A stretch of DNA of 64,000 nt from Azolla caroliniana (GCA_043228905.1 JBHGNT010000011.1:19530001-19594000); one strand, 5' to 3'; numbered from the stretch's first letter, positions 38,204 through 56,550 are shown. Program-made: numbers and translations. Notes: generated by a model from the letters alone, not told the origin.

Positions 38204-39934
38204 ATTGTTTTATATATTATAAAGCTAAGCAATAGATCCATCTATCAATAATTATTCGAAAATAAAGAATATAATTGAGTTTTTGTTGGATTCACTAAGT
38301 ATTCTTTAATGTTGGAAGGTAAATTTTTGTTTATAAAAATTGTTTTCCCTTCTATTTAATTCACATCTAGCATATATAATATTTCCATCAATTTAATAAA
38401 TAACTTTCTCAAACCAAATTCACGCGTATCTAGTCTTTTAATCCATTCTAACAAAACAATTTCTCAAATTCCTGAAAAGTAACAATGGAAGAAAACTTTA
38501 AAGGTATCTAAAAGAAAAGAAAAGAAAATATTATTGCATGCTAAAGCAAAAGCATTGAGTTCGTACATCAATAAAACACTTACCTAATCAATGCATCAAC
38601 TTATTGCTTAGATAGATTCACATAATTGCCTTACTATAGTCTTAAATTTCAATACAATACATCATAATGACGGGATGCAATATAAGGGGTTCATAGCCTT
38701 AAACTACCGTGAGTTCAAACCCTTCAATTATTGGTCTCATGTTACGTGTGTTACAAAACCTCATCATAGTCACAATCATAACCCACATGGGGTAGAAATT
38801 TTGTGGAAAATGGTATATTGATACTTGCAAGGCTAGACAAAGTAAGGATTTTTGGGGTCCTTTAGTACTCTTCTCCTACCTCTTCAGTTAAATAGCATTA
38901 TGAAGAATGCATGGCCAATAGAAGGAGAAACTCTAATATAAAAAGAAATACAAATAAAAAATAAAAAATCCTATTTTCCAGTATGGACAATTAACATTTT
39001 CCATTATGAACAATAACTAGAACACTTGGTGGCATGGCCTATAGTAAAACCCAAAGCAAAAATGTCCAATGGATAATTTATCAAAAAAATTCATCAACAT
39101 TACAGCCTTCAGGTTGTCTTTGAGATTTAAGGGATTTGAAATGAATAATAAACCCACTAAACTTGATATTCTGTTGAAAGCTTGTTTAGGAGTGTAAAAC
39201 TTTTAACATACATCTATTAAATCATAGCGTGCCAATTAGCATAAATCCATAGGAAAAAATGGAGCCACCATGCTATAACTTCAAACTTGTATGAGCAACA
39301 TTGCAATGTCTCATCCAAACTGTCCAATTTCAATGTTATACAACAAGCCATTCCCATAATCAGTACATCTATCGCATCAACACACCAATGTTCCATAACT
39401 TCATATCCAAAGAACCCCAAAGTAATATATATAACCTAGTGATAACGAAACAAGATACAAATTGCCTTTTTATGCATCACAGCTAGTTATCGGAATTTCT
39501 AGGTGTAAACATTGTGAAGATAACTTCGCGGAGGATTGTTGATGAATAATTAGAGATTTTATGTGGGTTTTGATGAAACTCACCAAAGAGAACTTAATGC
39601 AACTTCAATATGCTAAACACCCCAGTAATACAGAGAGAGATTTTGACACAATCTGTGATATGCCCTTGGGAATTCAACTTCAAAAGCGCCAAGTCAGATC
39701 TATGTTTAAAAAAAGAAACCGTACATGACAACTGGATGACTCCATTGATCTATTTTGATTGCTGACTTGAATCACTTTGGGAAAAGAAAGAGACACATGA
39801 ATGTAGAGAACATCTGCAATACCATGTAACATATGTTTAGTGAAAAACAAAAGAGTAATCCATGGAAGAAAATTGGTTGACTTCATTACGTCCACAAGTC
39901 CTTTAGCAACAGCTTTAGAAAGCAACATTTTGAT

Positions 39935-42900
39935 TTATTTCCTGCCCCTCATCACAAAGTCGTGCTTCAACAAGTTTGCGCGTAGAAGCATGGCTCTTGT
40001 TTCCTTTTCAAATTCAGAGCCAGTCTGAAGAACTCGCTGGAAAGTCCCGTTCCTCTGATCAGCATGGCGTGCATGAAGAATCTTATTATGTGAATCAATT
40101 CGTGCCTGTACCATATTATGGCTATGTTAGACAAGAAATAGAAATTGACAAAAAACACTGGACGACTAGGCACACCTGAATTTGGTTTTCCATTATCAAA
40201 GCTGCAAGCTCTTTCTCCAAACCAGCTACAGTTGTCTTGAAAGCACCAGCCATTCGATTCAAATCCACAGATATGAAAGGAGTTGTATACTGAATGAGAG
40301 CCTTGTGACGAATTTGCTCGTACAATGTTTCAACATGATCATGAAGATGGATATCAAGCAGGAGATTGGTTTTCAGCTTTTGCAGGTAACCCAAGCATGA
40401 GGCATACCGGCTACAAACAATGATTGATCCATCAGATATTCACTTGCTTACGAATCTTTACCTCTATACACATTATTAAAGAGCAGAATGTTTTCCATCA
40501 TTACTTTTCAATTTTGCATTTGTAATTTGTAGTATCTTATTCTTTTTGCTGCATTTAATTATGTCTGTTGTTTGTAGTTTGTTTTTTATGAAGGTATCAC
40601 AAGAAAAGTGCATGTGAATCTCAATGTTTACTTTTGTATATATATTCTAAATAGGAGAATGTTTTGCAGCATCTCTTTCTACAGTTCCATATGCAATTTG
40701 AAACATCTATCTCATATGTCGTTTATTGCATTTAAATGTTTGGATATATTTTATAGTGATATCATACATTAGGCATGAAAGTCAAATCAAACTGTGGATG
40801 AATAGGAACTGCATGAATCAGACCACACAGCATAGTGACACCAATGAAATCTATACAGAATAGAGAGCCTACGCATGATTGCAGTAGGAGGACAATACAA
40901 TGGAGATATAATCTCATATTGGGAGTGCCTTAACATTGTTTCAGTAGAAGAATGAATCAAAGGAGATATAATCTCGGCAAAGATATTCACAGCGACAAAC
41001 ATATTTTGTCCCTCTGATAAACCTCCAATCCACACAGAAATGCAGATACCAAAATCCATCATCTCAAATTCAGAACTCAACTTTTGATTGAACTGGCCAT
41101 GATCCATTTCTATCTGCTGACCTTCTGTTTTGATGTAGAGGGACACTTGCTGAAACCACAGCCCATGAGGAAGCTATCCATCCCCTTTAGCAATACAGTG
41201 CTCTCAACAATCTCAAAAGAGTTCCTTTTGTATCAACACAACAATATCCAGCAGTTAGTGCACTAACACATTCTTATTGAGATACACATTTGGAGTCGGA
41301 CCAAATATCTTCAGAATTCGCACCTTTATTCTGCAGATACTCTATGGCCACTAGTCTTGGCTTGTATTTATCCATATACCCATTAGCATTGTAATTGGTC
41401 TTACAGATCCACTTAGTCCTGATGCCCTTCTTCTCTAGAATATAAATCAGGACATGATAATTTAAGTGCCATATTCCAATCGCCACCAAGAAGGGTGTGT
41501 GTAGTTAATTAAACAGAGAGAATTTTTACTACCGCATGGTAATTCCCATTCTTAGAATTAAGAGCCATACTCAAATCACCACCAAGAAGGGTGACACATG
41601 TGTGATTATTTTCACAGAGAGAATTTTTACTACAGCATGGTAACCCCACTTCTTAGAAAGGAGACATGTTCACAATGATATGTTTATTTGGTCCCATAGG
41701 TCAAATTTGGTCTCCTCGTGGATGATAAATATTCTATTTAATACCCTACCCTTTGGCAACCAGTTTTGACTTGTATTAGTCCATATACCCACCTAGATCA
41801 TTTCAAGTATTGAAGTTGGAACAAATGTTAAATAATCTCCACCCGTATGCTGCACATATGAGCCACTAGTCATGCCTGGTACTTATCCACATACCCATCA
41901 GCACTGTACTTGGTCTTACAGACCCACTTCGTCCTGGTGGCCTTCTTCTCCAGATTATGAACTAGGGCCAGATTTGATTATCCGGCATGTTTTCCAGCTC
42001 GGACTACTAGTTTTCTTCCAACCATTTCTCTTCATTGTTCCCTCCACCGAACCTGAGCTCCACATGACCTTCATGGATATCTACTATCAAATGGGCATAA
42101 TCTTTGCAATTGGACCATTCTAGATTATAGCTGAAAAACATTTACACAACACTTGCGGCTGCACATCTTCAGATCAGCGCCATAAGATTTCTTTATAAAA
42201 TAGCCTCTTTTGGAGGCTATTTGAAACTTCTGGTGATGTCAACCACAATGTTAACAAGAGTAGTCTCACTCCTTTGATTCCTCCCTTTCAGTGCTCCGTT
42301 GTGTTTGACGGGTATATATATAGTAATCATTTGCCCGTGATTCCTTCTATAGCTAATTGACTCACCAGGCTGACTCAAAAGGAATCTCTCCTTACATCTG
42401 TTTGAGGACCTTACAACGAAGGCATGAAGTGCTTTGACAACCTTAATTCGTACAACTAAGGTTGCCTTTTATACAAACTATTTAACAACTTCATTCTCTA
42501 CTGCATTAACTCTACAACCACCCACTAAGCAGACCATGGTTACTGAAAATTTGTTGAGATTTAAGGAGACAATGAATTGTACCTTGCATAGAAATCATGA
42601 ATAAGTTCACGGACCTCAGGTACTAACTCCAAAAAGTTCTTGAAATTTATATTATCAATGACTTTGCTCTGTGCACAAACAAATCAACTAGATTTATATT
42701 AGAGAAAAAATATATGGATCATAATTAAACACAAAAAAACAGTTGTACAGAAAATTGCAGACCTTCAGCTCTGCCCTATCAAAAGAAGCCAAAGCACAAA
42801 GGCCTCCATATGTTGCGACATCTTGAGGGGCTATTACTTCAGTGTAGGTCACACCAAGGTCAAAGCTGGTGTCAACAAACTGCAATAACATATACAATAA

Positions 42901-45400
42901 TCTCTCCCTCCCTCCTTCCCAATGTAGATAAATTATTGTCTCAACATTGAAATAATCATTGTTCTCGTGTCAACTTTGAAGAGCACAAAATGTCATGTTT
43001 AAAACGGTATTGGTGTGGATGCCAAAGACTAGTTCACCTGGTACTCCGTTGTATGGGTCAACAATGGAGATCGAAAATTTATAATTTTGTGAGGAAATGA
43101 TGGAATGAAAAATCCCTGATTCCTAGTGGGTTATTACACTTACATGGGTTTTGATCTGCTTCAATTTGATGTATATAAAACAGATCTTCCTTGTAAGAAT
43201 GATCAACATAAAAAAGCCAAAGAAAAATGTTTTCTTTTACCTTTCTTGCAGCCATCTTGTACTTCTTACTCTCCAAATATGCCAGACCTGCATCCACCCG
43301 GAGTTTCGCAATGACCTGGGGTTCCTGGCTGTCTGGCGTCTGATCAGCCTTTGTGACATAATTGGAAACATGTGCAAAATGCCCCAGGTCAATTGCCACA
43401 AGTATGACATTGAGGCACATTGAAATGATATGCTTAGAAGTAGTGCAATAATCACGTGTCCGGACAAAGCATTTGAAAGCTTGTTGCAGATCACCACGTG
43501 CATAGTGAAAATCCCCCAAGTCATTATATCCCATTCGAATGCTTTCCTTGATCAAGTTTGTCTATGAAACCAAAAACAAATAGAATAAAAAGCTGTTTAG
43601 ATGGCTATAATTGCAGTCTAATGGTCCTTTGGAAGACTCGGTAAACTAAAACATTTTGCATATAGAAAGAGAAAAGTTATAATCCATTTCAAGTCGAACC
43701 AAGCTATACACACAGCATGATATGTTAACTTGCTTTCTAGAAGCCCTGCTATATGATATAAGAGCATCCACTCGATAAAAATTTGAAGTGTTACTAACTT
43801 TAAGATAAGATATTCAACAATAAATTAAAATAGAACACATTTTCATATTAAAATAAGAGTGAACGTAATGCCTATGCAATATAGTTATTAAAAAATATTA
43901 TTGTGTTGTGAGTGAACTGTTTTTGGAATGGATGAACAAAAGATATCACAATGCATATAAATGTTTTTTTTCTCTAGTTAAAGAAACTAGAAATTAAGTT
44001 GTTGCTTTGAAAAATAACTAAGTGGAATGACACACATACATTTCATAATGTGTACAAAATATGTGAATATTGTCATATTCCCAGGATGGTGAGCACAGTA
44101 ATTAAATATTACCTAAATGAGAATTGGTCGATGAAAAGGTGGATTGTTGTCTTTAAGATACAATATGCTAGAATCAATTAAAATAAAACAAATTTTCATA
44201 TTAAATTAGGACTATAAGATATGCCTATACGAGAAATGAGTGAGAAATAAGCTTATTAAAAATTGTTAGAATGAGAAACACGCTTATTATAATGTATAAG
44301 TGAAAGTTTTTGGAATGGGTGAGCATTACATAATAAATTCTTCAATGAGGGGCATGCATTCAATTCGTTATAAAATTGGACTGGCAGTCGAAGGGCATGG
44401 TCGAATTCTGTTCACATAGTTCATTTTCCAAATAATCGTGCATTCTCAAACAAATTATTGCTCCTGGAAAACCATTTCCACTTATTTGCTACAGATATTT
44501 AACATTGCACTTACACATCATTGAGGACAAGAGAGACATTTCCCACTTGATTATGAATGTAGAAAGAAATCAAGTTTCCGAGAGGGAAGTCAAAAAATTT
44601 CTTTGCTCTCCTAAGGTTTTGTGTTCAAAGTTTATCAAGTTGTGCTTATTGAAGGTTAGTTTCCCAAAGGTGGTAAGGTAGGATGGTTAAACTTTTGGGT
44701 CAATTGGTGTTGGTGTTTTAGCTTGGCCTTTCTGCCTCCTGATCATATGTAAAGTGTCTGAGAAAAGATACCAGAGCTGTTCTTTAACAAGAAATGTACA
44801 CAACCTTAGAAACAATTCTTTAACAACACATCAGGATTCAACAACAAGGGTATGGATCCCATGAAGAATCCCTTGAATAGAAAAGGCAAAGAGAAGAAGT
44901 CAAAATAGCACCTTGTAACCATTGAGTTCACTCTCAAGCCGATCCAAACGTTGGGCTGCACGGCGATCGACAGCATCTACCCACTCCTGATCAACAGTGT
45001 AGGACGGGCCAAGGCGGCCATTGATCCTCTCGCAGACGTCCTTATACAGGGAAGTGCTCTCACCCTTGCGGATCTCATCATATGCCATGCGCAGTGCCTC
45101 CAGCTCCATGGCCTGGTTGTGGCAGTGATTGGCAATGAAGAACAGGCGCATGATCTTGGTACGACCCTTATACAAGCCTGCATAGGCCTCCATATCCATC
45201 TGGTCCCCGCCCACCGACGCCACCGATGCGGGCCCATTCCGTTGTGGCGGCTCTAAGTCCTCCTCTTCTTCAGGGGAGGAGGAAGACTCCATGGAAGGCT
45301 CGTCGTCTCCATCTTTCGGCTTGCGATGATCCCCTGAGGAAGCAGGTGGGGGGGGGGGAGGAGGATCCATGGCCTCCATGTCATCGTCTGAGAATATCAT
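39935..45400 (-). CDS. CSN1: COP9 signalosome subunit 1 (CSN1/FUS6/GPS1), 6 exons
   Basis: Exons ~45400-44912 (…[11 protein letters not shown]…LESELNGYK), 43561-43240 ([20 protein letters not shown]…RTRDYCTT), 42880-42763 ([26 protein letters not shown]), 42669-42583 ([16 protein letters not shown]), ~40409-40177 ([11 protein letters not shown]…[12 protein letters not shown] domain) and ~40105-39935 ([13 protein letters not shown]…GRK*). Start ATG at 45400 is the best guess. Confidence 0.95.
41300..42000 (-). mobile_element. Two decayed copies of a Copia RT N-terminal fragment in CSN1 intron 4
   Basis: [29 protein letters not shown] (~41340-41440) and [28 protein letters not shown] (~41860-41960). 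Confidence 0.7.
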
Positions 45401-45578
45401 CGCTGCCTGTGTCTGTGTGGGCGCCTGCCTGCCTGTGCCTAAACCTCTATGGAGCTTAGCATTAGAATTTAGGATCATATTGATATGCTTTACCAAAATA
45501 CCTACAAAATGTAAGGTTTGTCGTGGGGGGGGCAATCGGCAACTCGGAGACCCAATATGTCTCGTTGTTTGTCTATCT

Positions 45579-48430
45579 GTTCAGGAAATTACACAAACTT
45601 CCTTATAAACCAAATTAGCGAGAGCACGAAGTAACAGTGGAAATAAGTCGCACATGACTTTGATCACGGAGTTCGGCCAATTGCTCCTACGTCTCCAGAA
45701 CTATTGCGGATCATTTGACTCGAGGGAGATAATATACAAATGTGTTCTCTCTGCTTCTCTACTTTGTATAGTATCTACAAATGAGAGCTTATGGGTATAT
45801 ATCTAGTCTTCAAAATAACATGGGTTGGTGAAATTAAGGCAAGAAATTAGGCAATGGTTCTCTACTTTTAACCAAAAATGGTTGGGGCTCATTTCCTTAA
45901 CAATCTTGCACTTGAAGACTGATATCAATTTGTCTTCACACCTCAATCTATGTAGCAAATCTTTCTGGCCTTCCTACTCTTGCAAGCCAATTGAAGTTGA
46001 ACACAACTTCAATTTGTAGGTAGTTATTGTCTTTGTCAACATATCCACCACATTATTGCTTCCCTGGATTTTCTTCAATGTTAACACCTCATCTTCCAAT
46101 AAAGACCTGATGAAGTGATAATTAAGTCCAATATGCTTGGGTCTAGAATGAAATGTTGAATGTTTCACCAAGTGTATTGCACTCTTAACTATCACAAAGT
46201 AGAACATCCCGACTCAGTTAACAAAACTTGAATCCATATAATCTCTTTACTAGCTTCAATCATTACTACATATACTCAGCCTCTATGATGGATACAGTGA
46301 CAATATTTGTAACCATGACATCCAACTAGCATCTATAATTCCAACAATGAATATATCATCAGTTATGGTTCTTGAGTCATAAACATTAACTCAAAACTTT
46401 GCATCTAGTATGTAACCTTGTACTTTTAACTCACCCTTAGCCGAAATCCACGCCTTTCTTCTACTAAAAGCCCTTCACCACAATGCGAGCTTTATACCTT
46501 GGTGGATTTCCACCATCTCCTAGTTTTAGTTTATACACCCACTTATTTTGGATCGCCCTCTTTACTTTTGGCAACTCCATCAGCTCGTATGTGTGGTTCT
46601 CATGCAAGGAATCCATTTCTTCTTGGATGGCACTTACCCACTCTCTGATGTGGGTGTCCCTCTTAGCTTCCTCGAAGTTCTTCGGCTCCCCCTCGTCAGT
46701 TAGTAGCACGTACTCTTTGTCTGAATATCTTTGGGGGACCTTCAGATCTATTCCTTAGAGGGTATCTTCTTCCTCTTCTTTGGTTGGCTCTTCATCTGAA
46801 TCAAAGTGGACTACTTCTTCTTCCTCTTCAAATCCAGCTCCCGACTGACCTTCGATTGATCTAGCTCCCTGTTCGAATCTGGTCGGCTCTCCTTTTTCTT
46901 CAGTCCGCATTCGACTTCCGACTGGTTGGGACGATTCACTCGTCTTCTCCTTCACCCATTCGATAATAGCGTTCTCCTCCATGAAGACTACGTCTCGATT
47001 CTGATTCACTTTCTTCTTGGTTAAATCCCATACTAAGTAACCGAACTCATCGTCGTCCTATCTCCAAAATATGCATGGCCGAGTCTTCGGGTTCAGTTTT
47101 CCCCTCTAGTCCTTTGCAACATGCACATAGACAGGACAATTGAACACCCTCAAATGCAGGTACGAAACGTCTTTGTCGGTTCACACCCTTGGTGGAGTAT
47201 CTCCGCCCAAGGGTACTAAAGGTGATTTGTTTATCACATAGACTGTTGTTATCAACGCCTCAACCCAAAACGTCTTGGACAGTTTCGCATGTGCAAGCAT
47301 ACTTCAGACTCTCTCCATGATGGTCTGGTTCATCCTCTCGGCCAACTTGTTAAGCTTTACCATTTTCGGCACGATGTATTCAAGCCGAATTCCCTTCGAT
47401 CAGTAGTACTCCTCAAACTGCCCTCGATATTCTCCTCCATTATCCACTCGAACTGCTTTCAACTTCCGGTGGGTCTCTCTTTTTGCCCTCACTTGGAACT
47501 CCTCGAAGACGAATAGTACCAGGTCCTTCGTCTTCATAATGGAAGCCCACATTTTCCGGCTACTAAGGCCTTTGGGTCGGTTATAGACTCTCTGTCCTTT
47601 TGATGAGTTTCTTCATTTAACAACCTTAACTTTACCGTCTCTAGGGATAAATGCTTCCCTTCCGGTCCGGCGTTGCCCAATGTGACAACCAACGTTTCCC
47701 AACTATCCGGAAGGGATCCTAGCAGCAATAGCGCCAATACCTTTTCAGCAAGAGGTACATCTAGAGAGGTGGTTTGGTTGATTAGTCTTTGGAAGGTATT
47801 CAGGTGCTTCGCCATACTTGAGGCATCCAGATACCTCAGTCTCACGATCTTTCGGAAAACTGAAACTCTGTTAACGGTGTTTTTGTTCTCGAACATGACG
47901 TCGATCTTCTTCCACGGGACAACCGCTTTTGTCTCTTCATTGAAACTGTTATATAGATTCATGTCTATAAAACATCTTATGTAAGCCGTCATCTTTAGAT
48001 GCATAACCTCCTAGGTGAATGCATCAATCTTATCTAGCTTTTCATCTTCGAACCACATTGGCAGCTAGAAGTCTCTACACACCAACATATCCCTCATCTT
48101 CGACTTCCACACTAAATAGTAGGAGCCAGTTAGCTTGAACATTCCTCCAAGATGTTCGTTCATCGTTCTAATACTAGTTTGGCAGCTAGAAGTCTCTACA
48201 CACCAACATATCCCTCATCTTCGACTTCTACACTAAATAGTTGGAGCCAGTTAGCTTGAACATTCCTCCAAGATGTTCGTTCATCAATCTTATCTAGCTT
48301 TTCATCTTTGAACCACATTGGCAGCTAGAAGTCTCTACACACCAACATATCCCTCATCTTCGACTTCCACACTAAATAGTTGGAGCTAGTTAGCTTGAAC
48401 ATTCCTCCAAGATGTTCGTTCATCGTTCTA
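45579..48430 (-). mobile_element. Internally deleted Ty1/Copia LTR retrotransposon (Tnt1/Tork-like): gag, integrase, partial RT, RNase H, 3' LTR (~45579-45902)
   Basis: gag GMFKLTGS..LVWKSKM and LLLGSLPDSWETLVVTL; integrase DNGGEY…AERMN; RT EPKNFEEA…NKWVYKLK…RYKARIVVKGF; RNase H FHSRPKHIGLNYHFIR…DMLTK. TG…CA LTR-like segment after a PPT-like tract. Protease and RT core are deleted, and no matching 5' LTR is seen. Confidence 0.85.
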
Positions 48431-48441
48431 ATACTAGTTTG
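48024..48441. repeat. Near-identical complex triplication (A-B-C-B-A-B-C) of the Copia gag 5' end
   Basis: GGCAGCTAGAAGTCTCTACACACCAACATATCCC… (~104 bp) at 48060, 48181 and 48320. Confidence 0.9.
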
Positions 48442-48482
48442 ACGAGAATAATAAATGGCAACAACTAGTCAACACGTACAAA

Positions 48483-49548
48483 TGAGAGACCCAAAGATCA
48501 AGACAACAAGAAAAAAAAAGTATAGAGTAACAATCGGCAACAATTCAGTTTGAACTGAACTGAACCGCGAAATCGCGGCTTAATGATTTTATTTTTATTT
48601 TTATTTAAAATTTAAAAAAATTTATAAAATTTATAAAATTGTTTTTAAACAATCTTTTCATTTTTAGACATTTTTCTCACATTTTAGGAACATCATTAAA
48701 AATTTAAAAATTTAAAAAAATGAAATATTTTAAATCTTAAAATTTGACGTAAGTTGAAAACCAAAGCTGAACCACGAAACCGCGGTTTTAACGATTTGAG
48801 AAAATTTTACTGGTTCGGTTTAACGGTTTTGTGGTTTGGTTCGTTCAGGTTTCAAAATGTTTAAATGGTTCAGTTTTGAGCCTCTCAAACCGAACTGAAC
48901 CGTTGCCGATTGTTAGTATAGAGACACAAGATCTTTTAACGTGGAAACCTTGAACGGGAAAAACCACTAGAGTGCACAAACTCCAAACAAGTCACTATAG
49001 TAGGAGGAATACACTAGAGTCTCTAAGGCAACAACCTTAAGCTCCTCTTTGTCTAGCGGTAGTTACAGAGTTACAACTCTCACTCTCTGTCTCTCCTACT
49101 CTCTAGTTACACCCAACTTCTACATCAACCCAAAATGATCTGCCCTAGTTGTATTTGTACTAATACAACTTTTAGGGTTATTTACAAATATGGCCTAAAT
49201 AGGCACGATAGAACCTATTTACAAAACTCGCCTTTTTCGGATGCCTCTCCGGATACCAATCCGGTCTTTCTTCTTCCTCAGAAGAACTGATCCGGCTTGT
49301 TCTCCTCCATTATTCGTTCCTCGAACTCTAGTCGAGCTCGTGCTCTTCTTTTCATCCGGAGGGACCTGTTAGGCACGATAGAACCTATTTACAAAACTCG
49401 CATTTTTCGGATGCCTCTCCAGATACCGATCCGGTCTTTCTTCTTCCTCAGAAGAACTAATCTGGCTCGTTCTCCTCCATTATTGGTTCCTCGGACTCTA
49501 GTCGAGCTCGTGCTCTTGTTCCCATCCAGAGGGACCTGTTTGCTAACA
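48483..49548. mobile_element. Probable solo LTR (Copia-like), interrupted by the MITE and containing a ~170-bp tandem duplication
   Basis: TG…CA ends with 4/5 matching flanks (ACAAA/TCAAA). TTTAACGTGGAAACC…GGGAAAAACCAC is an LTR-type motif. TAGGCACGATAGAACCTATTTACAAAACTCGC is duplicated at 49200 and 49370. Confidence 0.5.
48528..48915. mobile_element. hAT-type MITE, copy 2, with a perfect 8-bp target-site duplication GTATAGAG
   Basis: TIRs TAACAATCGGCAAC…GTTGCCGATTGTTA; GTATAGAG at 48520-48527 and 48916-48923. Confidence 0.9.
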
Positions 49549-50895
49549 TCAAAGAAGGCGCCACCTTGGGTTGGAACAATCTAGCCCGAATGGGTAGTTA
49601 CACTCTACCATCTACTTTATTGTACCCTATAAATGTATATGCTCTTATAGATTGTGTGTGATGTTCTCTCTTGACAAGCCCCTCATTCTTTTCATGATAA
49701 CTATTAGTATCAATGGTGAAACCTCAATGTCATGTGAAACTCCACAAAAGAATGTTTATGTTAAAACAAGGAGAACCTCCCAATCCTATTCAGAAATGTT
49801 TGCAATGAATAGAAAAAGTCTAAGTGGAAGAGAAGCTCAATATATGGATAGAAAACTCACCACAAAGCCAATTTGCCCACAAGTCATTTTATTCAAACCC
49901 ACACGAGATTGTCTAAAATGTAAACATGGTTTTTTTTGTATCAGGCAATGATAATAACAATGTACTCTATGTATACAAAGATGGCACAACAATAAATTAT
50001 CATGTCACAAGCATACACAAAGAACATTAAACTAAACCATCTTCTTGATGAGTAATATTACGGGCCTGATGCATACACACGAAGCACATGGATTTCTATC
50101 ATGTGATCAGAACCATGCCGACATTTCAGCACACCAGCATGAGCCAAAACTAATTTATCAGTGAAAACCATTGAAAGATTGGTTTGCTTAATTTCTCTAT
50201 CCACAATACTTGTATGAGATCATTTTAAAGATTAAAAACCTACTAAAAATCAAGCATTAATCGTGCAGGAATGAACTAATGGATGCATAGTACTTGGAAG
50301 GGTGGGGAACCAAAAGATCTTATAGAGATTGTTGGAAGAACCAAATTTGAATATGGGATAAACATTCCAAATGACATCCTAAGGCCATGCTTTTTCAATG
50401 GAAGACGATTCTTGGTAATGGAAGTTTCGGAATAAAGAAGAGAAATTACTAATGGCATGTATTTCTTATGTACAATGTCATATGAGCACTGTTCACATCT
50501 GCATTCATTTCACATGGGCTACAATCTAAGGATCATACCTTAGAGCCTACAAGGTACCAAGGTGCTAAACCACTTCAATCTTTCAAAACAAAGAATATCC
50601 ACAGCAAGCAGAAAATACTACGTTGAGGCTGGTAAATAATCTAAATCACTTATTATTGTAGCAATTAGTGAGCATAAACATCACCTTTGCACAGCATCAA
50701 CTTCATCTCATGTGTCACTGAACAATAGTTAAAACAGAAACTTGGCATTTAATATGTGTTAGAGATTTCTATAGTTTACATTCATGTTGACACAGTTTTT
50801 CTCATTGCACTGAAGTAGTCAGTATTACTTTATAGCATTTTGAATTTCGGTTGACACAAACAAGTGCAAGTGCAATAGGGAATAGAAACATATTT

Positions 50896-55055
<4,160 letters not shown>

Positions 55056-55123
55056 GCTCTCTTTCTTAGTCTTCTCTTCTCACTCTTTCTCTCTGCGTGT
55101 GCGTGTCTCTGTTTAACGGGTCG

Positions 55124-55131
55124 AAACCCTA
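55124..55131 (+). promoter_or_regulatory. Telo-box-like AAACCCTA motif ~70 bp upstream of the RBX1 ATG
   Basis: Exact match to a motif common in 5' regions of plant housekeeping genes; function not shown. Confidence 0.3.
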
Positions 55132-55599
55132 AACAGAAAAAAAGAGCAAGACTCACAAGAGCAAACCAGACAAGCGAAGTAGCGAGCTTTAAAGATTATA
55201 ATGGCCCTCGAGAGTAGTTAGTAGGCGAGTAGTGTCACTAGGGAGCAAAAACACTCACAAAAAGAATGGAAGATCGGGACAATATGAGTTCGCAAGATGA
55301 CATTGCCATCAAACAAACTTCAATGATGTCTGAATTTATTGGCACCGAAGCGGTTAATCCCGTAGATTGATATTTTAATTAGTCATATGGACCGAGCCAA
55401 TAAAACTTGGTGCACATTGGTGCTCTAACCAATTGCCATTCACATTCAAAAACACTCAGAGGTGCCTGCTCGAGGAAACACAATGTTTCGGTGCCTTTGA
55501 AAGGTGTTAGGCCGTCACGTCCACCTCCATCATCATCTAGTTCTCTCCACAACAACTAAAAGCATCTTAGCATGGATTTTCCTCGTCAATCATGTTTAG

Positions 55600-56550
55600 A
55601 TGAGAGAAATCAAAGTTATATTGGGTCAAGGTAATGCTTTCATGTTTATGCCATATGACTCAAACCATTGTTGCATTTCGACATACCACCAATGATTTTC
55701 TTCATGTTCATCAAGTTGTTTTGATGACATAATTCCCAACTTCGAGGACATTTGTTTAGTGAACTCCTAAAGCCATTGCTCACTGATTGGAATAAAGCCT
55801 ATATGATTGTTGGGGTTGCTCCCATCTTTGCCCCACTTATATCATGGGGCACAAATGCGTTGCTCCTTATATTGTAAGCAATAATTGAGAATAATGCCTC
55901 ATTATCTTTCCATTTATTTGCTTTGTGGAGGGTAGGTGTGATAAGCTTATCAAACAACCACAATTCAGTTTTCTGCACTTGTGATTGAGTAGGTGCACAA
56001 GGGCTTGGTTCTCCTTATGCAATGATGCATGCCATCAACTTTTTCTTGGGTATGTAACCCTCGGTGCTCTTGAATGACAAGGGATGTCACTCCTAGGTAT
56101 GTATTACATCCTTTGTATGCCACCTTTTTCTCTCCCAAGAAGAATTTTGGTTCATTTTCTTTACTCTTGCATAGATGGGTATTAAGCACCATCACCTAGT
56201 TTCATGTAAGCTTACCGACAAGCTACAAAATGATTTTAAGGCATCTAGATGTCTTTGTAGTCCCTCCAACAAGTCACCGATCAACACAATATCATCAACA
56301 TATGGCTATGGCTACTAAGCATGCTCTAGTAATAGTATGCATCCTTGTTTTACTCCAATTGTGCTAGCGACAACCTCTAAAAATCCATTGGTATATTGCA
56401 AATTTCTAACATAAATTCATACAATGAACAAATTCCACATTCCATATTTACAAAGGGCACTCAAGGCTTCTAGCCAATGCATGAGTTAAGTATGAGTATA
56501 TAGTGTTGAAAGCTTTATGGAATCCACAAATCAATAATAAATCATTTGAA
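55600..56550 (-). mobile_element. Old RTEX-like LINE RT remnant between UBC27 and RBX1
   Basis: Colinear with about 15000-16050 of LINE copy 1 (e.g. TCTCCCAAGAAGAATT, AGATGTCTTTGTAGTCCCTCC, ACTCCAATTGTGCTAGC). Confidence 0.8.
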
